64,000 nt of DNA from an uncultured Lentisphaerales bacterium (GCA_943788985.1 CALSSJ010000021.1:64001-128000); one strand, 5' to 3'. Counted from the first letter of the stretch, positions 40,675 through 51,436 are shown. Numbers and translations: made by a program. Notes: generated from the letters alone by a model not told the origin.

Positions 40675-43600
40675 ATGATCGAGACAGTCGATCTCACTAA
40701 ATCCCGTCTGCTCCGCCTTTTACCGGCGCGAGAATTGGCGAGGCTGGCCCAAGACTTCCGCGAGGCCACCTTTCGCTTCGGGGCGACCGTAGTCCGAGAA
40801 GGAGAGCCAGCCGACGCCTATTACCTGATCCGCGCCGGCAAACTCCGCGTCGTGCGCGACGTCGACGGCGCCGAGCAAACCCTGCGCCGCCTCGAACCGG
40901 GCGATGGCTTCGGCGAGATGGCCCTACTGCAGGGCGGCACCCGCACCGCCACAGTGCGAGCCTCCTCTGATGTCGAACTGCTGCGCCTCGACCGCAGCGT
41001 CTTCGAGCGCGTTTTGCACGAGTCGCCCTCACTGGAGAACATCCTGCGTGGTCAACTCGAGTGCCGCTCGCTGGTCAATTTGCTCACCGAGTACGGCCGC
41101 TTCGCCGAAGTCCCGGCCGAAACCCTCGAAGCCTTGGTCCAAGACGCCGCACCGCGAGAACTTTCCCCCGGCGAGCTCGTTCTGGCCGAGAATGAAGCCG
41201 CTCCCGCCTTGTACGTAGTCGAGCGCGGAAACCTCAAAATTCGCCGAGACGGCGAAGACCAGTACCTACGCCGTGGCGACTTCTTCGGCGAGCGCTCCGT
41301 TACGACCGACGAGCCTTTCGGAGCGACCGTCACTGCCGTCAACGAATCAACCGTCCTCGCCCTGCCGAAGTCTCGGATTTGCGAACTCCGCGACTCCGAT
41401 GCGGAGTTCGCAAAAGTCCTGCAACGGCGGGTGGAGCCGGCCCAGTCCACCACGCGAATTCCCCTGGACGTCTGCCTCGCCGAGCAAGGCCCCCCCCCAG
41501 CCAGAGAGCCAGCGGCCGCGGCACCACGCCAGGGGCGCTTCAACGCCTGGCTCCAACGGTGCCTCCACGCCGGGTTTCCCTTTGTCTGGCAGCTTGATCA
41601 AAATGACTGTGGCCCGGCTGCCCTCACCATGGCCTGCCGCAAACTCGGCTACTCCGTCTCCCTGGCCCACATTCGCGAACTCGCGGGCACCACGCTTGAT
41701 GGTGTCGGCCTCCAGGACCTCGCTCACGCCGCCACCGAGATTGGCGTGGTAGCACAGGCGTTGAAGGTGCCTGCCGAGGAAGTTGCCGACCAGCAAACCC
41801 CGCTGCTGGTCCACCTTACGCGAGGCCATTGGGTCGTCCTGCTCGAGCGCAGACGCAAGTCTGTAGTGGTGGCCGACCCCGAACGCGGCTTTCTCCGCAC
41901 CCCGCTTGCGGAGTTCGCAGCCCAATGCTCTGGCTACACGCTCACGCTTGAGCCGCCATCCGGCGACATGGATAGCCCCGAGCTGGACGGGAAATGGTCT
42001 TGGGTTTGGCCACTGACCCGCCCGCACGCACCACGCCTGCTCGGCACCGGCGTCCTCACCCTCATCCTGAGCCTCCTGCAGCTTTCCTTCCCCATCGCCA
42101 CGCAACACATCGTCGACAATGTCCTCGGCACAGGCTTGGACAGCGGAACGCACCTCAAGGTGATCATGAGCTTTCTGGGGCTCTCATTGCTGGCATTGCT
42201 GCTGATCACGCTCTGGCAACGCTCGCTACTCAGCAGGCTGCTGACCAATCTGGATGGCACGATTATGGATTTTCTCGTCGATCGCATGCTGCAATTGCGT
42301 ATGTCATACTTCACCAGGCGCACCTCCGATGCCCTGCGTCGCCGCCTAGAGAGTGCCCGCTCGGTGCGTCAGTTTCTGGTGCACGGCACCGTCTCCAGCG
42401 TCTTGGCTGGTGCCCAGGTGCTGCTGCTGTTCGGCGTATTGGCCTGGTACAGCACCAAGCTCGCACTGCTCGCCGTCGTCATGCTCCCCATCTACCTCGG
42501 CGTCATGCTGGCCGCCGGCCGCGTACTGCAGCGCAGCTTCCGCACCATCGAGGAAGGCGAAAACCGCTATCGGTCCCTCCAGGAAGACATCATCGACGGG
42601 ATCGAAACCGTCAAGTCCAACGCGGCCGAGGACGCCTTTCGAAGAAAAATGATGGATGACTACCGGCGAATCGCGACCGCGGAGCGCGAATCCGGTTTCA
42701 ACCTCCAGGCTTATGAAGGAACGGGCCAAGCCCTGGCGCTTATTACCACGCTGCTCCTGCTTTGGGTCGGGGCCGCGACCGTGCTCGATGGCGAGATGCT
42801 AGTGGGAGAGTTCGTCGCTGGCCTGATGATCTTCGGCCTCAGCTACTCCCATCTGAAAGCGATCATGAATGGCTGGCGGGACCTCCAGCGCTCGCGCGTC
42901 CTGATGGACCGGCTCCACGAACTCGTCGAGGGACAATCAGAACTTGAGACCGCAGACAGCCAGCGCGATGTTCCGTCAATTGCTGGCGCCGTGCAATTGG
43001 ACCGGCTCTCGTTTCACTACGGTGGGAGCCACGGTCGTGACATCATACGCGATGTCAGCATACGGGTCGCCCCTGGCGAAACCATCGCGATTGTCGGCAG
43101 AAGCGGCGCCGGCAAGTCCACTCTGGCACGCTGCTTGGCCGGTCTGGAGCCGCCCACCAGCGGCACCATGTCTGTGGACGGAGTCGACATCTGCGACCTC
43201 AAGCCTCAGCAGCTGCGCAGCCATATCGCCTACGTCCCGCAGCGCAACCATTTATTCATTGGCACCATCCTCCAGAACATCGCCTTTGGCGATTCCGAGC
43301 CCGATCGACTCCGCGCCGTGGCTGCGGCCAAGGCCGCCAATGCCGACGCCTTCATTTCGCGATTACCGCATGGTTTGGACAGCGAGATTGACCAGGTCGC
43401 ACCATACCTCTCCAGCGGCCAGCGCCAGATGTTGGGCATAGCCCGTGCCATCTACCGCCAGCCTGCGGTCGTTGTCCTGGACGAAGCCACCAGCGGGATC
43501 GACGTCGAGTCTGCCCGCGTAGTTCGTTGCACGCTCGCTTCCTTTCTCCGCGATCGCACCGCCTTCGTGATCGCCCATGACCCGCCGACCATCCAACTCG

Positions 43601-43719
43601 CGGACCGCATTCTAGTTCTGGAAGATGGCCGCATAGCAGAGTCCGGCACTCACGACGAGCTCCTCAGCCAGCACGGCCTCTACTACCACCTGTTTCACGA
43701 GATCGTCAGTAGTTTGTAG
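40675..43719 (+). CDS. Peptidase-containing ABC exporter (HlyB/PCAT type): 2x cNMP-binding + C39 + TMD + ATPase
   Basis: GDGFGEMALL...RTATVRA; GDFFGE; QLDQNDCGPAAL, HWVV, VADP; GRSGAGKST, LSSGQRQ, VLDEATS, IAH. Confidence 0.92.
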   Translation: MIETVDLTKSRLLRLLPARELARLAQDFREATFRFGATVVREGEPADAYYLIRAGKLRVVRDVDGAEQTLRRLEPGDGFGEMALLQGGTRTATVRASSDVELLRLDRSVFERVLHESPSLENILRGQLECRSLVNLLTEYGRFAEVPAETLEALVQDAAPRELSPGELVLAENEAAPALYVVERGNLKIRRDGEDQYLRRGDFFGERSVTTDEPFGATVTAVNESTVLALPKSRICELRDSDAEFAKVLQRRVEPAQSTTRIPLDVCLAEQGPPPAREPAAAAPRQGRFNAWLQRCLHAGFPFVWQLDQNDCGPAALTMACRKLGYSVSLAHIRELAGTTLDGVGLQDLAHAATEIGVVAQALKVPAEEVADQQTPLLVHLTRGHWVVLLERRRKSVVVADPERGFLRTPLAEFAAQCSGYTLTLEPPSGDMDSPELDGKWSWVWPLTRPHAPRLLGTGVLTLILSLLQLSFPIATQHIVDNVLGTGLDSGTHLKVIMSFLGLSLLALLLITLWQRSLLSRLLTNLDGTIMDFLVDRMLQLRMSYFTRRTSDALRRRLESARSVRQFLVHGTVSSVLAGAQVLLLFGVLAWYSTKLALLAVVMLPIYLGVMLAAGRVLQRSFRTIEEGENRYRSLQEDIIDGIETVKSNAAEDAFRRKMMDDYRRIATAERESGFNLQAYEGTGQALALITTLLLLWVGAATVLDGEMLVGEFVAGLMIFGLSYSHLKAIMNGWRDLQRSRVLMDRLHELVEGQSELETADSQRDVPSIAGAVQLDRLSFHYGGSHGRDIIRDVSIRVAPGETIAIVGRSGAGKSTLARCLAGLEPPTSGTMSVDGVDICDLKPQQLRSHIAYVPQRNHLFIGTILQNIAFGDSEPDRLRAVAAAKAANADAFISRLPHGLDSEIDQVAPYLSSGQRQMLGIARAIYRQPAVVVLDEATSGIDVESARVVRCTLASFLRDRTAFVIAHDPPTIQLADRILVLEDGRIAESGTHDELLSQHGLYYHLFHEIVSSL

Positions 43720-43839
43720 CGCGCCCTGGAAGCCTAGGTGATCTTTCCACTCTAGCTGCCTGCCACTCAATTCCGTCTCTCCGTCTCTCATCCAGAATAC
43801 CGTCATCGAGTAAAGAATATCTTCAGGTCCGTGACCTTT

Positions 43840-44385
43840 AACAGCTTGAACAAGGCTCATGTGACATACTTGGAAGCACGACTGATTGACCTTGCCAAGT
43901 CTACAGAGCACTGTCGTTTGGACAACCGCTAGTTTCACGCCACCTCGACTCTAGCCGAATGGGAGATCGCCGACGCCGAGAGCTCTCTCGCCGACATTCT
44001 CGTTGTTCTTCCGCTTCTTGGACTCACTGCATTTCAAGCGCCAGATAAGAAACGTCCAAGCAAGAATGACCTTATCGCGAAGGCCAAAGGCCTTACAGCA
44101 CGAAGCTACGTATCCAGCGGCGGGTTCACTGTCCAAAATAAAAGCCAAATTAAAACAACTGAAACCAAATAACTTCACGCTTACTTGGTAAGCCAGCGGC
44201 AGCAACTCATCGAGCAAGGCGTGGTTGTAAAGGCCGAGGCTCCCTATGTTTTGACGCAGAGCTATGAATTCAACTCCCTGCCGATAGCAACAGGAACGGT
44301 TTTCGGCCGCTGCGCCAATGGCCGCGTCGAGTGGAAAACTTCCGCAGGCAAAACCCTGAAGGCCATTCAAGAAGAGCCGATTTGA
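43840..44385 (+). pseudogene. 5'-truncated GIY-YIG nuclease/DUF4357 protein with in-frame stops
   Basis: One frame: [16 protein letters not shown]...DNR*...E..IADAE..L..I..LPLLG...AKGLTAR...GFTV...*...RQQLIEQGV...YEFNS...GRCANGRVEWK...GKTLK; stops at 43930 and 44170. Confidence 0.8.
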
Positions 44386-44951
44386 AAGCTTTGAAACAAC
44401 AGATCCGAAAGCTCTTGATTACGCCTGGCATGAAACTGCCCGTTGATGAGCCGCCATTGCGGGTTGCTGGCGAAACTCAGCGTTCGGAGTACGATGACGC
44501 GCTCCTTGACATAATTATGCTGGCGCCGTTGCTCGCTGTAGCGTCCCCGATTCTTTCTCTGGGAGCAACGTGGCGAATATTTGTACAGCATGGCCTATAT
44601 GCCTGGCTAGTTTCCGCCACCCTCTGCTTTGTCGTTGCCTCGGTCATTGGTCCCCTTTCGCTCAGGACACTGTTAAAGGGCCGCAAGGATGTCCGTGCAC
44701 ACTTCCTTGGCTGGCAAGCTGAGGTAGTCGTGGGCATGCGTCTGGGAGACGCGCGAGACAAGGGCTACAAAATTTTCAACGACGTGCCGGAAACCGCCAA
44801 AGACGGCAAGCTTTTCAATCTCGATCATGTCGCGATTGGCCCGGGCGGAATTTATGTGATCGAGACTAAGGGGCGTAGCAAGTCCGAGGACGGAGGAAGT
44901 GTTGATGATCTCAAATCAGCTTCGTCAATACATCCTGCAGTACCGTCGTGA
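44382..44951 (+). pseudogene. NERD (nuclease-related domain) protein with TMs, 3'-truncated
   Basis: LGWQAEVVV...L...GY.IFNDVP...FNLDHVAIGPGGIYVIETK; similarity ends around 44900. Confidence 0.7.
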
Positions 44952-44989
44952 GGACAGCGTCGTCTGGTGATTTATCGGAAACTGCGCCA

Positions 44990-45492
44990 TTAGCCATCCG
45001 CGAGCTTTCTTTTGCTCCACCAGACTTGATCGGCCATAATGGGGCCAACTTAATTGGCTACGCACTGCGTAGCCCTTTTCCAGATCCAGAAACGCAAGGT
45101 CGAATTAGCAGAAGCTTTTCAGATCCGCGCCCGAGAGCCCTCTCTTCAAGCTTCTTCGTGTACGGCCCAGTGCCCGCCCTTTGGGGCCCAACGGACTCCA
45201 ACTTGCCCTCCTTGACCAATTTCGTGCTGGCCATCTCGATTGCCCGGACGGCTCTCAATTCTCTACGCAGCGCGTAGAGTTTCTCCACGTCGGGATAGAC
45301 CATGTAGAATTGCCGGAAACTCCACAGATTAGCGACTGAGAATCCTCTGCCGAATTCTTGGCCCAGCCTACGGGATAGCTCACGTATGAGTTCCCGCCCA
45401 TAACCGGCACGCTCGGCCCCGTCCTGTTCTTCTTCGACAATGCGCTACCTCCCCTCCAATAGACTGTACCGCGCCTCGCTGAGGATTGTGCG
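44990..45492 (-). pseudogene. Two tandem N-terminal fragments of YhcG/DUF1016-family proteins
   Basis: Manual translation: YWRGG*RIVEEEQDGAERAGYGRELIRELSRRLGQEFGRGFSVANLWSFRQFYMVYPDVEKLYALRREL (to ~45256); second copy FC*FDLAFLDLEKGYAVRSQLSWPHY...VEQKKARGW (~45130-44990). Confidence 0.75.
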
Positions 45493-45604
45493 GGTAGGCC
45501 CCTAGAAACTCGACTTTTCGGGAAGCGCTGCGCTCATCTCAGATACCTAGATTCGCTCGTTGCGTCTCTTGGGGCTAGTTCTCCCTTCAAACTTCGAAAA
45601 AACT

Positions 45605-48600
45605 TCACCCTTCGTTAATAATACCCAGCAGACGCTGCAGGTCGTAGAACAGCGAGAGCAGTGCGGGCACGAGAAAGAGAGTGAAGACAGTGGAGACGAC
45701 GAGGCCACCGATCAGCACGGCGCCAAGTCCGCGATAAAGCTCGGTGCCAGCCCCTGTGCCGAAGGCTAACGGCGCCATGCCGAGTACGCTGGTGATGACA
45801 CTCATGCAGATTGGCCGAAAGCGGCTCGCGCAGGAGGCCCGCAAGGCCGCAGTATGGCCCTGGCCAGCAAGCCGAAAGTTGTTCGCTTGATGAACAATAA
45901 GAATGGCGTTGTTGACGACAATTCCCGCCAGGATGATCAGCCCCAGCATGGCAATGACGTCGAAGGAGACCAGCCCGCCAGACACTTCGTGGGCAATGGA
46001 CACGCCGATGAAGGCGCCAGACGCGGCAAGCGGGATGGTGATGAGAATGACAAACGGGTAGAGCCAGGAACGAAAGAGCGCGACCATGAGCAAGTAGACG
46101 ATGAGCACGGCCAGGACAAAGCCGCTGGTTAAGGCCTCGAGCGTCGCGTTGAGCTTGTCAGCCGTGCCACTAAGGCGCACACTGAAGCTGGCGGGTAAAG
46201 CGAGCCGGGCGGGTGCCAGCACGTCGCGCTCGATGCGCGTGATTGCCTCCTCGAGTGACTGGTCGGGCGCTAGATTGACAGTCAGCGTAACGGCTCGCTC
46301 TTTTTCGACGTGGTTGATCGCGGTCGGAGCGCTGGTGTTGCTCACGGTCGCAATGCTGTCCAGGCGTACACGCTTATCCCACGGGGTGCGCAGGATGACG
46401 TGGGGCAAGGCGTCGATACTGTCGAGTTGTGCGGAGTTCGCATACAAGGTGAGGTCGAGTTGGTCGCCATCGTCGTTGTAGCGCCCGACGGTCTTGCCTG
46501 CGACCAGGCTCTCGACCACATCAGCGACATCGGCCACGCGCAAGCCCACGTCGGCGGCACGTCGACGGTCGAGTTCCACCCGAACTTCGGGGGCGCCGGT
46601 GGTGTAGTTGCTGCGTACCATTTGGACGCCGGCGGTCCCGAAGAGCTGTCCCTTCATTTGGGTAGCGACGCCTTCAAGTCGCTCAAGCGAGGGTCCAGAG
46701 ATGTCGATCTCGAGTTGCTTGCCGGGATCCCGAAAGATGCTCGCCTGCAAGGGAAAGAGAAACTCAAAGCCGGTCAGCCCAATAGTCTGGCCAAACATCT
46801 TGCCGACATGCGCCTTCATCTGCTCTTCGCCGCTGAACTCGTCTTTGACGATGACGCCGACGGCGTTGAACCTGTCGCCAAAGACCGAGAAGAAGCGCTT
46901 GGTCGTAGGGTCAGCAGCGATCTTCTCTTCCAACGGACGAATGGAGTCGACCGCTTTATCAATGCTGCTGCCCACCAGCGGCTGGGCCAGCACGAGCACC
47001 AGGTTGCGATTGCCGGAAGGCAGATATTCGGCGCTCGGCAGCAAGCCCAGCGAGGCAAAGAAGAGCGCGACGATCCCGCCAATCACCAACATTTTGGCTA
47101 GGACATGCAGGATACCACCGCCGGTGATCAAGGTAACGAGTTTGCGATAGACGGCGGAAATGGCGGTGCCAAGCCAGGCGCCGAGCACCAGCGATTTGAG
47201 GCGCTCGACGCGCGATTCAGGTTTGGGGGCCTTGGCCAGACGCGATGCCATCATCGGAATTAACAACACGGCGGCGATAAGCGAGAGGGAGATTGCCAGG
47301 CTGATGGCGATGGCAATATCTTTGAACAATTGCCCGGCCTCTTCGGTGATGAACATCACGGGTAAAAAGACTGCCAGGGTCGTGAGTGTGCTGATGAGTA
47401 CTGCGCCCCAGACCTCGTGCGTACCACGCCGAGCGGCCTCGAGTGGACTGCGGCCTTCTGCCATGTGTCGATAGATGTTCTCGATCACCACGATGGCGTT
47501 GTCCACGACCATGCCGGATGAAAACGCCAGCCCAGCAATGCTAATGATATTCAGCGACCGCCCGAGAAAATAGGCAAAGATAAACACGGTGATCATGCAC
47601 ACCGGAATGGTCACCGCCACGACCAGCACCAAGCGAAAGCTGCGCAGGAAAATGACAAGCACAATACTGGCTAGCAACGCGCCAATGGCGAGGTTTTTCC
47701 AGGCCAAGCGAATGGATTGGTCGATGTAGGTTTCCTCGGTGTAGGCCACGTGCAGGCTCAGGTCTTCTTGCTTGGCTGCGAAGTTCGCATTTAGCTCGAC
47801 CAGCACGTCTTCCATGGCTTGGCAGAGGGTCATGACGTTGGCGCCGGTCTTGCGCTTGGCACCAAAGACCACGGTCGGCTTGCCGTTCGTACGCACTTCC
47901 GACAGCTTCTTCTTGTAGCCCATCTTTACCTCGGCGACTTCGCGCAAATAGACGGCGCCCCGCGGACTGCGGGCGATGACGATGTCGCCCACATCCTGAG
48001 TGGACTCGAAGCGCCCGACTGTGCGCAGGTTGAAGCGACGCTTGCCCTGATCGACAAAGCCGCCGCGCACGTTGAGGTTTTCGGCGCGGATCGCCGCAAT
48101 CAGGTCACCGATGGCAATGTTCTTCTCGGCTAGTCGGTCCGGATCCAGAAGCACCTGCATCTCCCGTTCCTCGCCACCAAAAATGAGCAGATCGCTCAGT
48201 CCGGGGACTCGGCGCATACGAGGCTCGATGACATCATTGGCCCATTCGTACATCTCATTTGGTGTGAAGCTGTCGGTCTCCATCACAATCCACATCACTA
48301 CGTCTTCTTGGTCCGAGGTCACGGAGACCGCGACCGGGGCATCGGCTTCCTCTGGCAGATCAGGAACTTGGTTGAGCTTGTTGATCACGTCGATCATAGC
48401 CACGTCTTTGTCAACGCCCCAGTCAAACTCGAGGGTGATGGCGCTGCGGCCCTGCGATGAGCGACTGACGATGCGCGAAATGCCTGTGACGCTGTCCATC
48501 TCTTCTTCGATGGGCGTGGTGATCTGATCCTCTACTTCCATCGGCGCCGCACCGCGGTAGGTGGTGGTGATACTGATCTCCGGCTTGTCCAAGCTCGGCT

Positions 48601-48709
48601 TGAGCTGGACGGGGATCCGCTGCAAGGCAATGAAGCCAAAAACGGCAGCCAGCAGCGCGACGACGATGACAGTATGTGGCCGGGCTATGGCGGCATCGAT
48701 CGGATTCAT
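45605..48709 (-). CDS. RND efflux permease (AcrB/AcrD/AcrF family)
   Basis: T.YRGA.P.EVE..IT.PIEE, GMVVDNAIVVIENI, STLTT.AVFLP, GIVVNNAIL, RFRPI.M. Confidence 0.95.
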   Translation of the reverse strand: MNPIDAAIARPHTVIVVALLAAVFGFIALQRIPVQLKPSLDKPEISITTTYRGAAPMEVEDQITTPIEEEMDSVTGISRIVSRSSQGRSAITLEFDWGVDKDVAMIDVINKLNQVPDLPEEADAPVAVSVTSDQEDVVMWIVMETDSFTPNEMYEWANDVIEPRMRRVPGLSDLLIFGGEEREMQVLLDPDRLAEKNIAIGDLIAAIRAENLNVRGGFVDQGKRRFNLRTVGRFESTQDVGDIVIARSPRGAVYLREVAEVKMGYKKKLSEVRTNGKPTVVFGAKRKTGANVMTLCQAMEDVLVELNANFAAKQEDLSLHVAYTEETYIDQSIRLAWKNLAIGALLASIVLVIFLRSFRLVLVVAVTIPVCMITVFIFAYFLGRSLNIISIAGLAFSSGMVVDNAIVVIENIYRHMAEGRSPLEAARRGTHEVWGAVLISTLTTLAVFLPVMFITEEAGQLFKDIAIAISLAISLSLIAAVLLIPMMASRLAKAPKPESRVERLKSLVLGAWLGTAISAVYRKLVTLITGGGILHVLAKMLVIGGIVALFFASLGLLPSAEYLPSGNRNLVLVLAQPLVGSSIDKAVDSIRPLEEKIAADPTTKRFFSVFGDRFNAVGVIVKDEFSGEEQMKAHVGKMFGQTIGLTGFEFLFPLQASIFRDPGKQLEIDISGPSLERLEGVATQMKGQLFGTAGVQMVRSNYTTGAPEVRVELDRRRAADVGLRVADVADVVESLVAGKTVGRYNDDGDQLDLTLYANSAQLDSIDALPHVILRTPWDKRVRLDSIATVSNTSAPTAINHVEKERAVTLTVNLAPDQSLEEAITRIERDVLAPARLALPASFSVRLSGTADKLNATLEALTSGFVLAVLIVYLLMVALFRSWLYPFVILITIPLAASGAFIGVSIAHEVSGGLVSFDVIAMLGLIILAGIVVNNAILIVHQANNFRLAGQGHTAALRASCASRFRPICMSVITSVLGMAPLAFGTGAGTELYRGLGAVLIGGLVVSTVFTLFLVPALLSLFYDLQRLLGIINEG

Positions 48710-49932
48710 GGTGCGACTTGTACTACAGCGCCGGGATAGAGCACTTCGTTGCCGGTGGTTACCACGACGGTTCCAGGTTGGACGTCGCCGATGATTTCCA
48801 CGGTTTGCGGAGTTCGCAAGCCGACGGTGACTGGCAAAATGGCGATTTTGTTCTCTGCGCCGACGATGTGAACGCTGGCGCCGCGGCGGCCGAAGCTGAT
48901 CGCATCCCAGGGGACCAATAATGCGTCTGGCTTGGCGGCAATCTGAACTTCAGCTTGGACCGACATGCCTTCGGCGACACCGGCGACATCACCATCGAGA
49001 ATCAGCCGCAGGGTGGTGTTGCGGGTTGCGGCGTCCGCAATAGGAATCAGCGCCGCGACGCGTGCAGCGAAGCTCCGCCCGCGCACGGCCCCACTGCTGA
49101 CGGTGACCGCAGTTCCGGCCGCTGGCATCGCCATCACCCACTGCTCGGGCACTTCGACCCAGGCTTCCAGCGGCCCGGCCGCCAGCGCGGCTAGATTGTC
49201 ATCCGCGCGAACACGATCTCCAGCTTGGCGGTTGCGCTCGAGCACGACGCCGTCGAAGGGGGCAGTGAGCGTGCACTTGGAGCATTCCCGTTGAGCCTGT
49301 GCCAACGCAGTTTGGGCGACCATCACGGCTGCTCTACCCACTAAAATGGCTTCGGTCGTTTCGCCGTTCTCCCCTGCCTCGAGCCGGGCCTCGGCGTCGG
49401 CGACACCCGCGTTGGCAGCCTCAAAATCCACGCGCGCGGCTACTACATCAGCCTTGGTCCGCACCTTCGTTTCTGCCAGCAAAACTGCCCGATCCAAGTG
49501 ATCTTGGGTGCCCACTAAGAGGGCTTTCTCGCGATCGACTGCGGCCTGCAGTTGTTTGAGAATTTCTGGGCGCGTGGGCGCTGTCAGCTCTGCCAGCCTC
49601 GCCTTAGCCTGCGCCAGCGCGGCCTCGGCCACTTGTACAGCGAGTTCGTAGTCGGTCGGGTCTAGCTTGGCTAGGACGTCGCCCTTAGCAAAGTGCGAGC
49701 CTGGACTCAGCGTGGCGCTTTCGAGCGTACCCGAAAGCTGCGCCCTCAGGGTCACGCGACGGCCCCAGCGAATGGTCCCGACAAAACTTGCGGACTCCGC
49801 AATGGCGCCGCGCTCGACGGCAGCGGTGGTGACAGTGACTGGCGGGGGGCCGCCTGCGCCTGGGCCATCTGGTGCTTCGGTTTTCTTGCCGCAACCGACA
49901 AACAGGAAAAAGAGGAAAAAGAAAAGTCTCAT
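48706..49932 (-). CDS. RND periplasmic adaptor (membrane fusion protein)
   Basis: Lipobox LFVGC; KGDVLAKLD, coiled coil, APFDGVV, D.ATR, ALLVP; stop overlaps the RND start. Confidence 0.92.
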   Translation of the reverse strand: MRLFFFLFFLFVGCGKKTEAPDGPGAGGPPPVTVTTAAVERGAIAESASFVGTIRWGRRVTLRAQLSGTLESATLSPGSHFAKGDVLAKLDPTDYELAVQVAEAALAQAKARLAELTAPTRPEILKQLQAAVDREKALLVGTQDHLDRAVLLAETKVRTKADVVAARVDFEAANAGVADAEARLEAGENGETTEAILVGRAAVMVAQTALAQAQRECSKCTLTAPFDGVVLERNRQAGDRVRADDNLAALAAGPLEAWVEVPEQWVMAMPAAGTAVTVSSGAVRGRSFAARVAALIPIADAATRNTTLRLILDGDVAGVAEGMSVQAEVQIAAKPDALLVPWDAISFGRRGASVHIVGAENKIAILPVTVGLRTPQTVEIIGDVQPGTVVVTTGNEVLYPGAVVQVAP

Positions 49933-51305
49933 TGGGACACCAAAGGTTGGCCCGTAGCGACGCGGAGTTCGGCCGCCAGGAGTTGCAGTCGCAGGGCTTG
50001 TTGACGAATAGAAAGCTGGGCACGCAGGCGTTGATCCTGCGCCGTGAGCACTTCAAGATTTTGCCCGACGCCCGCCTCATACTCGGCGGTGGCTTGCTCA
50101 AATGCCGAGTTCGCAAGCGTCAGAGATTGCTGCAGGGCATCAGCTCGGGCTTGGGCGCCGCGAATCTCGGCAAGAATCCGGCGCAGATCAAGATCGAGCT
50201 GGCGTAGTTGCTTGCGGTGGCTGAGAATCGCTTCGCCTATCAGCGAGCGGGCTTCGCCGAGCTGAGCGGCGCGACGGCCGGAATCGGCCAAGTTCCACGA
50301 CATTTCCAGGCTGATGACCCAGTCAACGTCCTCCGCGATACCGCCGCGCCCGAGGAAGTAATCGCCCGCGAGGGACACCTCAGGCCTATAGCCGCGGCGG
50401 ACGGTCTCGACTTCTTCTCTTCGTGCCGTGATCGCGGACTTGAGGGCAGCAAGATCTGAGCGTGTGCGGAGCGCGGCTTTGCGCAAGGCGGCCAAGCTCA
50501 GGTTGCCCGGCAGGGCAATGGCGGGATCGGCCAGCGCATTCTGAGCCGCGCGCCCAACCTGAAAAGCGAGCGTTTCGCGAGCCACGGCTTCGTCTTGGCT
50601 GGCAGCAATCACGGCGGCGTTGGTTTCGGCAGCCTGCGCTTGGCGCAGCAGGACCTCACTGTGCCGGGCATCGCTGGCGGCCTCGCGTAGCTTCATCTGG
50701 TCGACTTGGGCTTGCTGCAGAGCGAGCTGCGACCGCAAGGTTTCCCCCTGATGCACGGCATTCAAAACCTCGAGGTATGCCTCGGTGACTTCAAGAGTGG
50801 TTCTCTCGTGTGTGTGCTGCAGCGAGGCCATCCGACTCGCCCGCCAGGCCTGTGCCGCACGTCGTGCCGAGCGATTGCGAAAGCCAGAATACAGCGGGGT
50901 TTCTGCGCGGAGCTTAAATTCGTTATCGGTAGGTTCGAGAAAAGAGCCAAAGCTACCGCTACCTCCGCCGCCCACATCTTTCCGTCGCTCATGCCGTCCT
51001 TCTAGACTCACACTGGGCCGGCTTGCCGCGACCACTGCTTGCTCGCCGAACTCTGCCTGGATAATGCGCTCACGGGCGATGCCGCCAGCCTCGTTCTGCA
51101 CCATCGCGAGCTCAATGCAGGCCGCTAGCGTGCCAGGAGCAGCTATCGTTGGAGCCGTCGCCGTTGTGCTGGCTGGGGGGCCGGGCTGGGGCTGGTCCGG
51201 GACGAGGGGCACGAGTTTGGCCCCCAGGTTCGTGGGCTGGACAACAGTACAGCCGCAGGCAAGCAGCAAGCCAAGCGAAATAATGGGGATGGGGGAGCAG
51301 TTCAC
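49929..51305 (-). CDS. TolC-family outer-membrane efflux protein
   Basis: Lipobox; two helical repeats with P.VSL, PLYSG, V.EAY..VL, RSDL, YEAG....LEVL.AQ. Confidence 0.9.
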   Translation of the reverse strand: MNCSPIPIISLGLLLACGCTVVQPTNLGAKLVPLVPDQPQPGPPASTTATAPTIAAPGTLAACIELAMVQNEAGGIARERIIQAEFGEQAVVAASRPSVSLEGRHERRKDVGGGGSGSFGSFLEPTDNEFKLRAETPLYSGFRNRSARRAAQAWRASRMASLQHTHERTTLEVTEAYLEVLNAVHQGETLRSQLALQQAQVDQMKLREAASDARHSEVLLRQAQAAETNAAVIAASQDEAVARETLAFQVGRAAQNALADPAIALPGNLSLAALRKAALRTRSDLAALKSAITARREEVETVRRGYRPEVSLAGDYFLGRGGIAEDVDWVISLEMSWNLADSGRRAAQLGEARSLIGEAILSHRKQLRQLDLDLRRILAEIRGAQARADALQQSLTLANSAFEQATAEYEAGVGQNLEVLTAQDQRLRAQLSIRQQALRLQLLAAELRVATGQPLVSQ

Positions 51306-51436
51306 CCCGGGGAACTTACGGCCCGCTCAATCAAAGACAAACCGCACTGAATCAGCAAAACCAGCCCCGTACGCCCTGGCCTGGGTTGTTCCAAGCGTCC
51401 CTTGGGTTATTGTACGTACTCGTGGAGGGCTATTGT

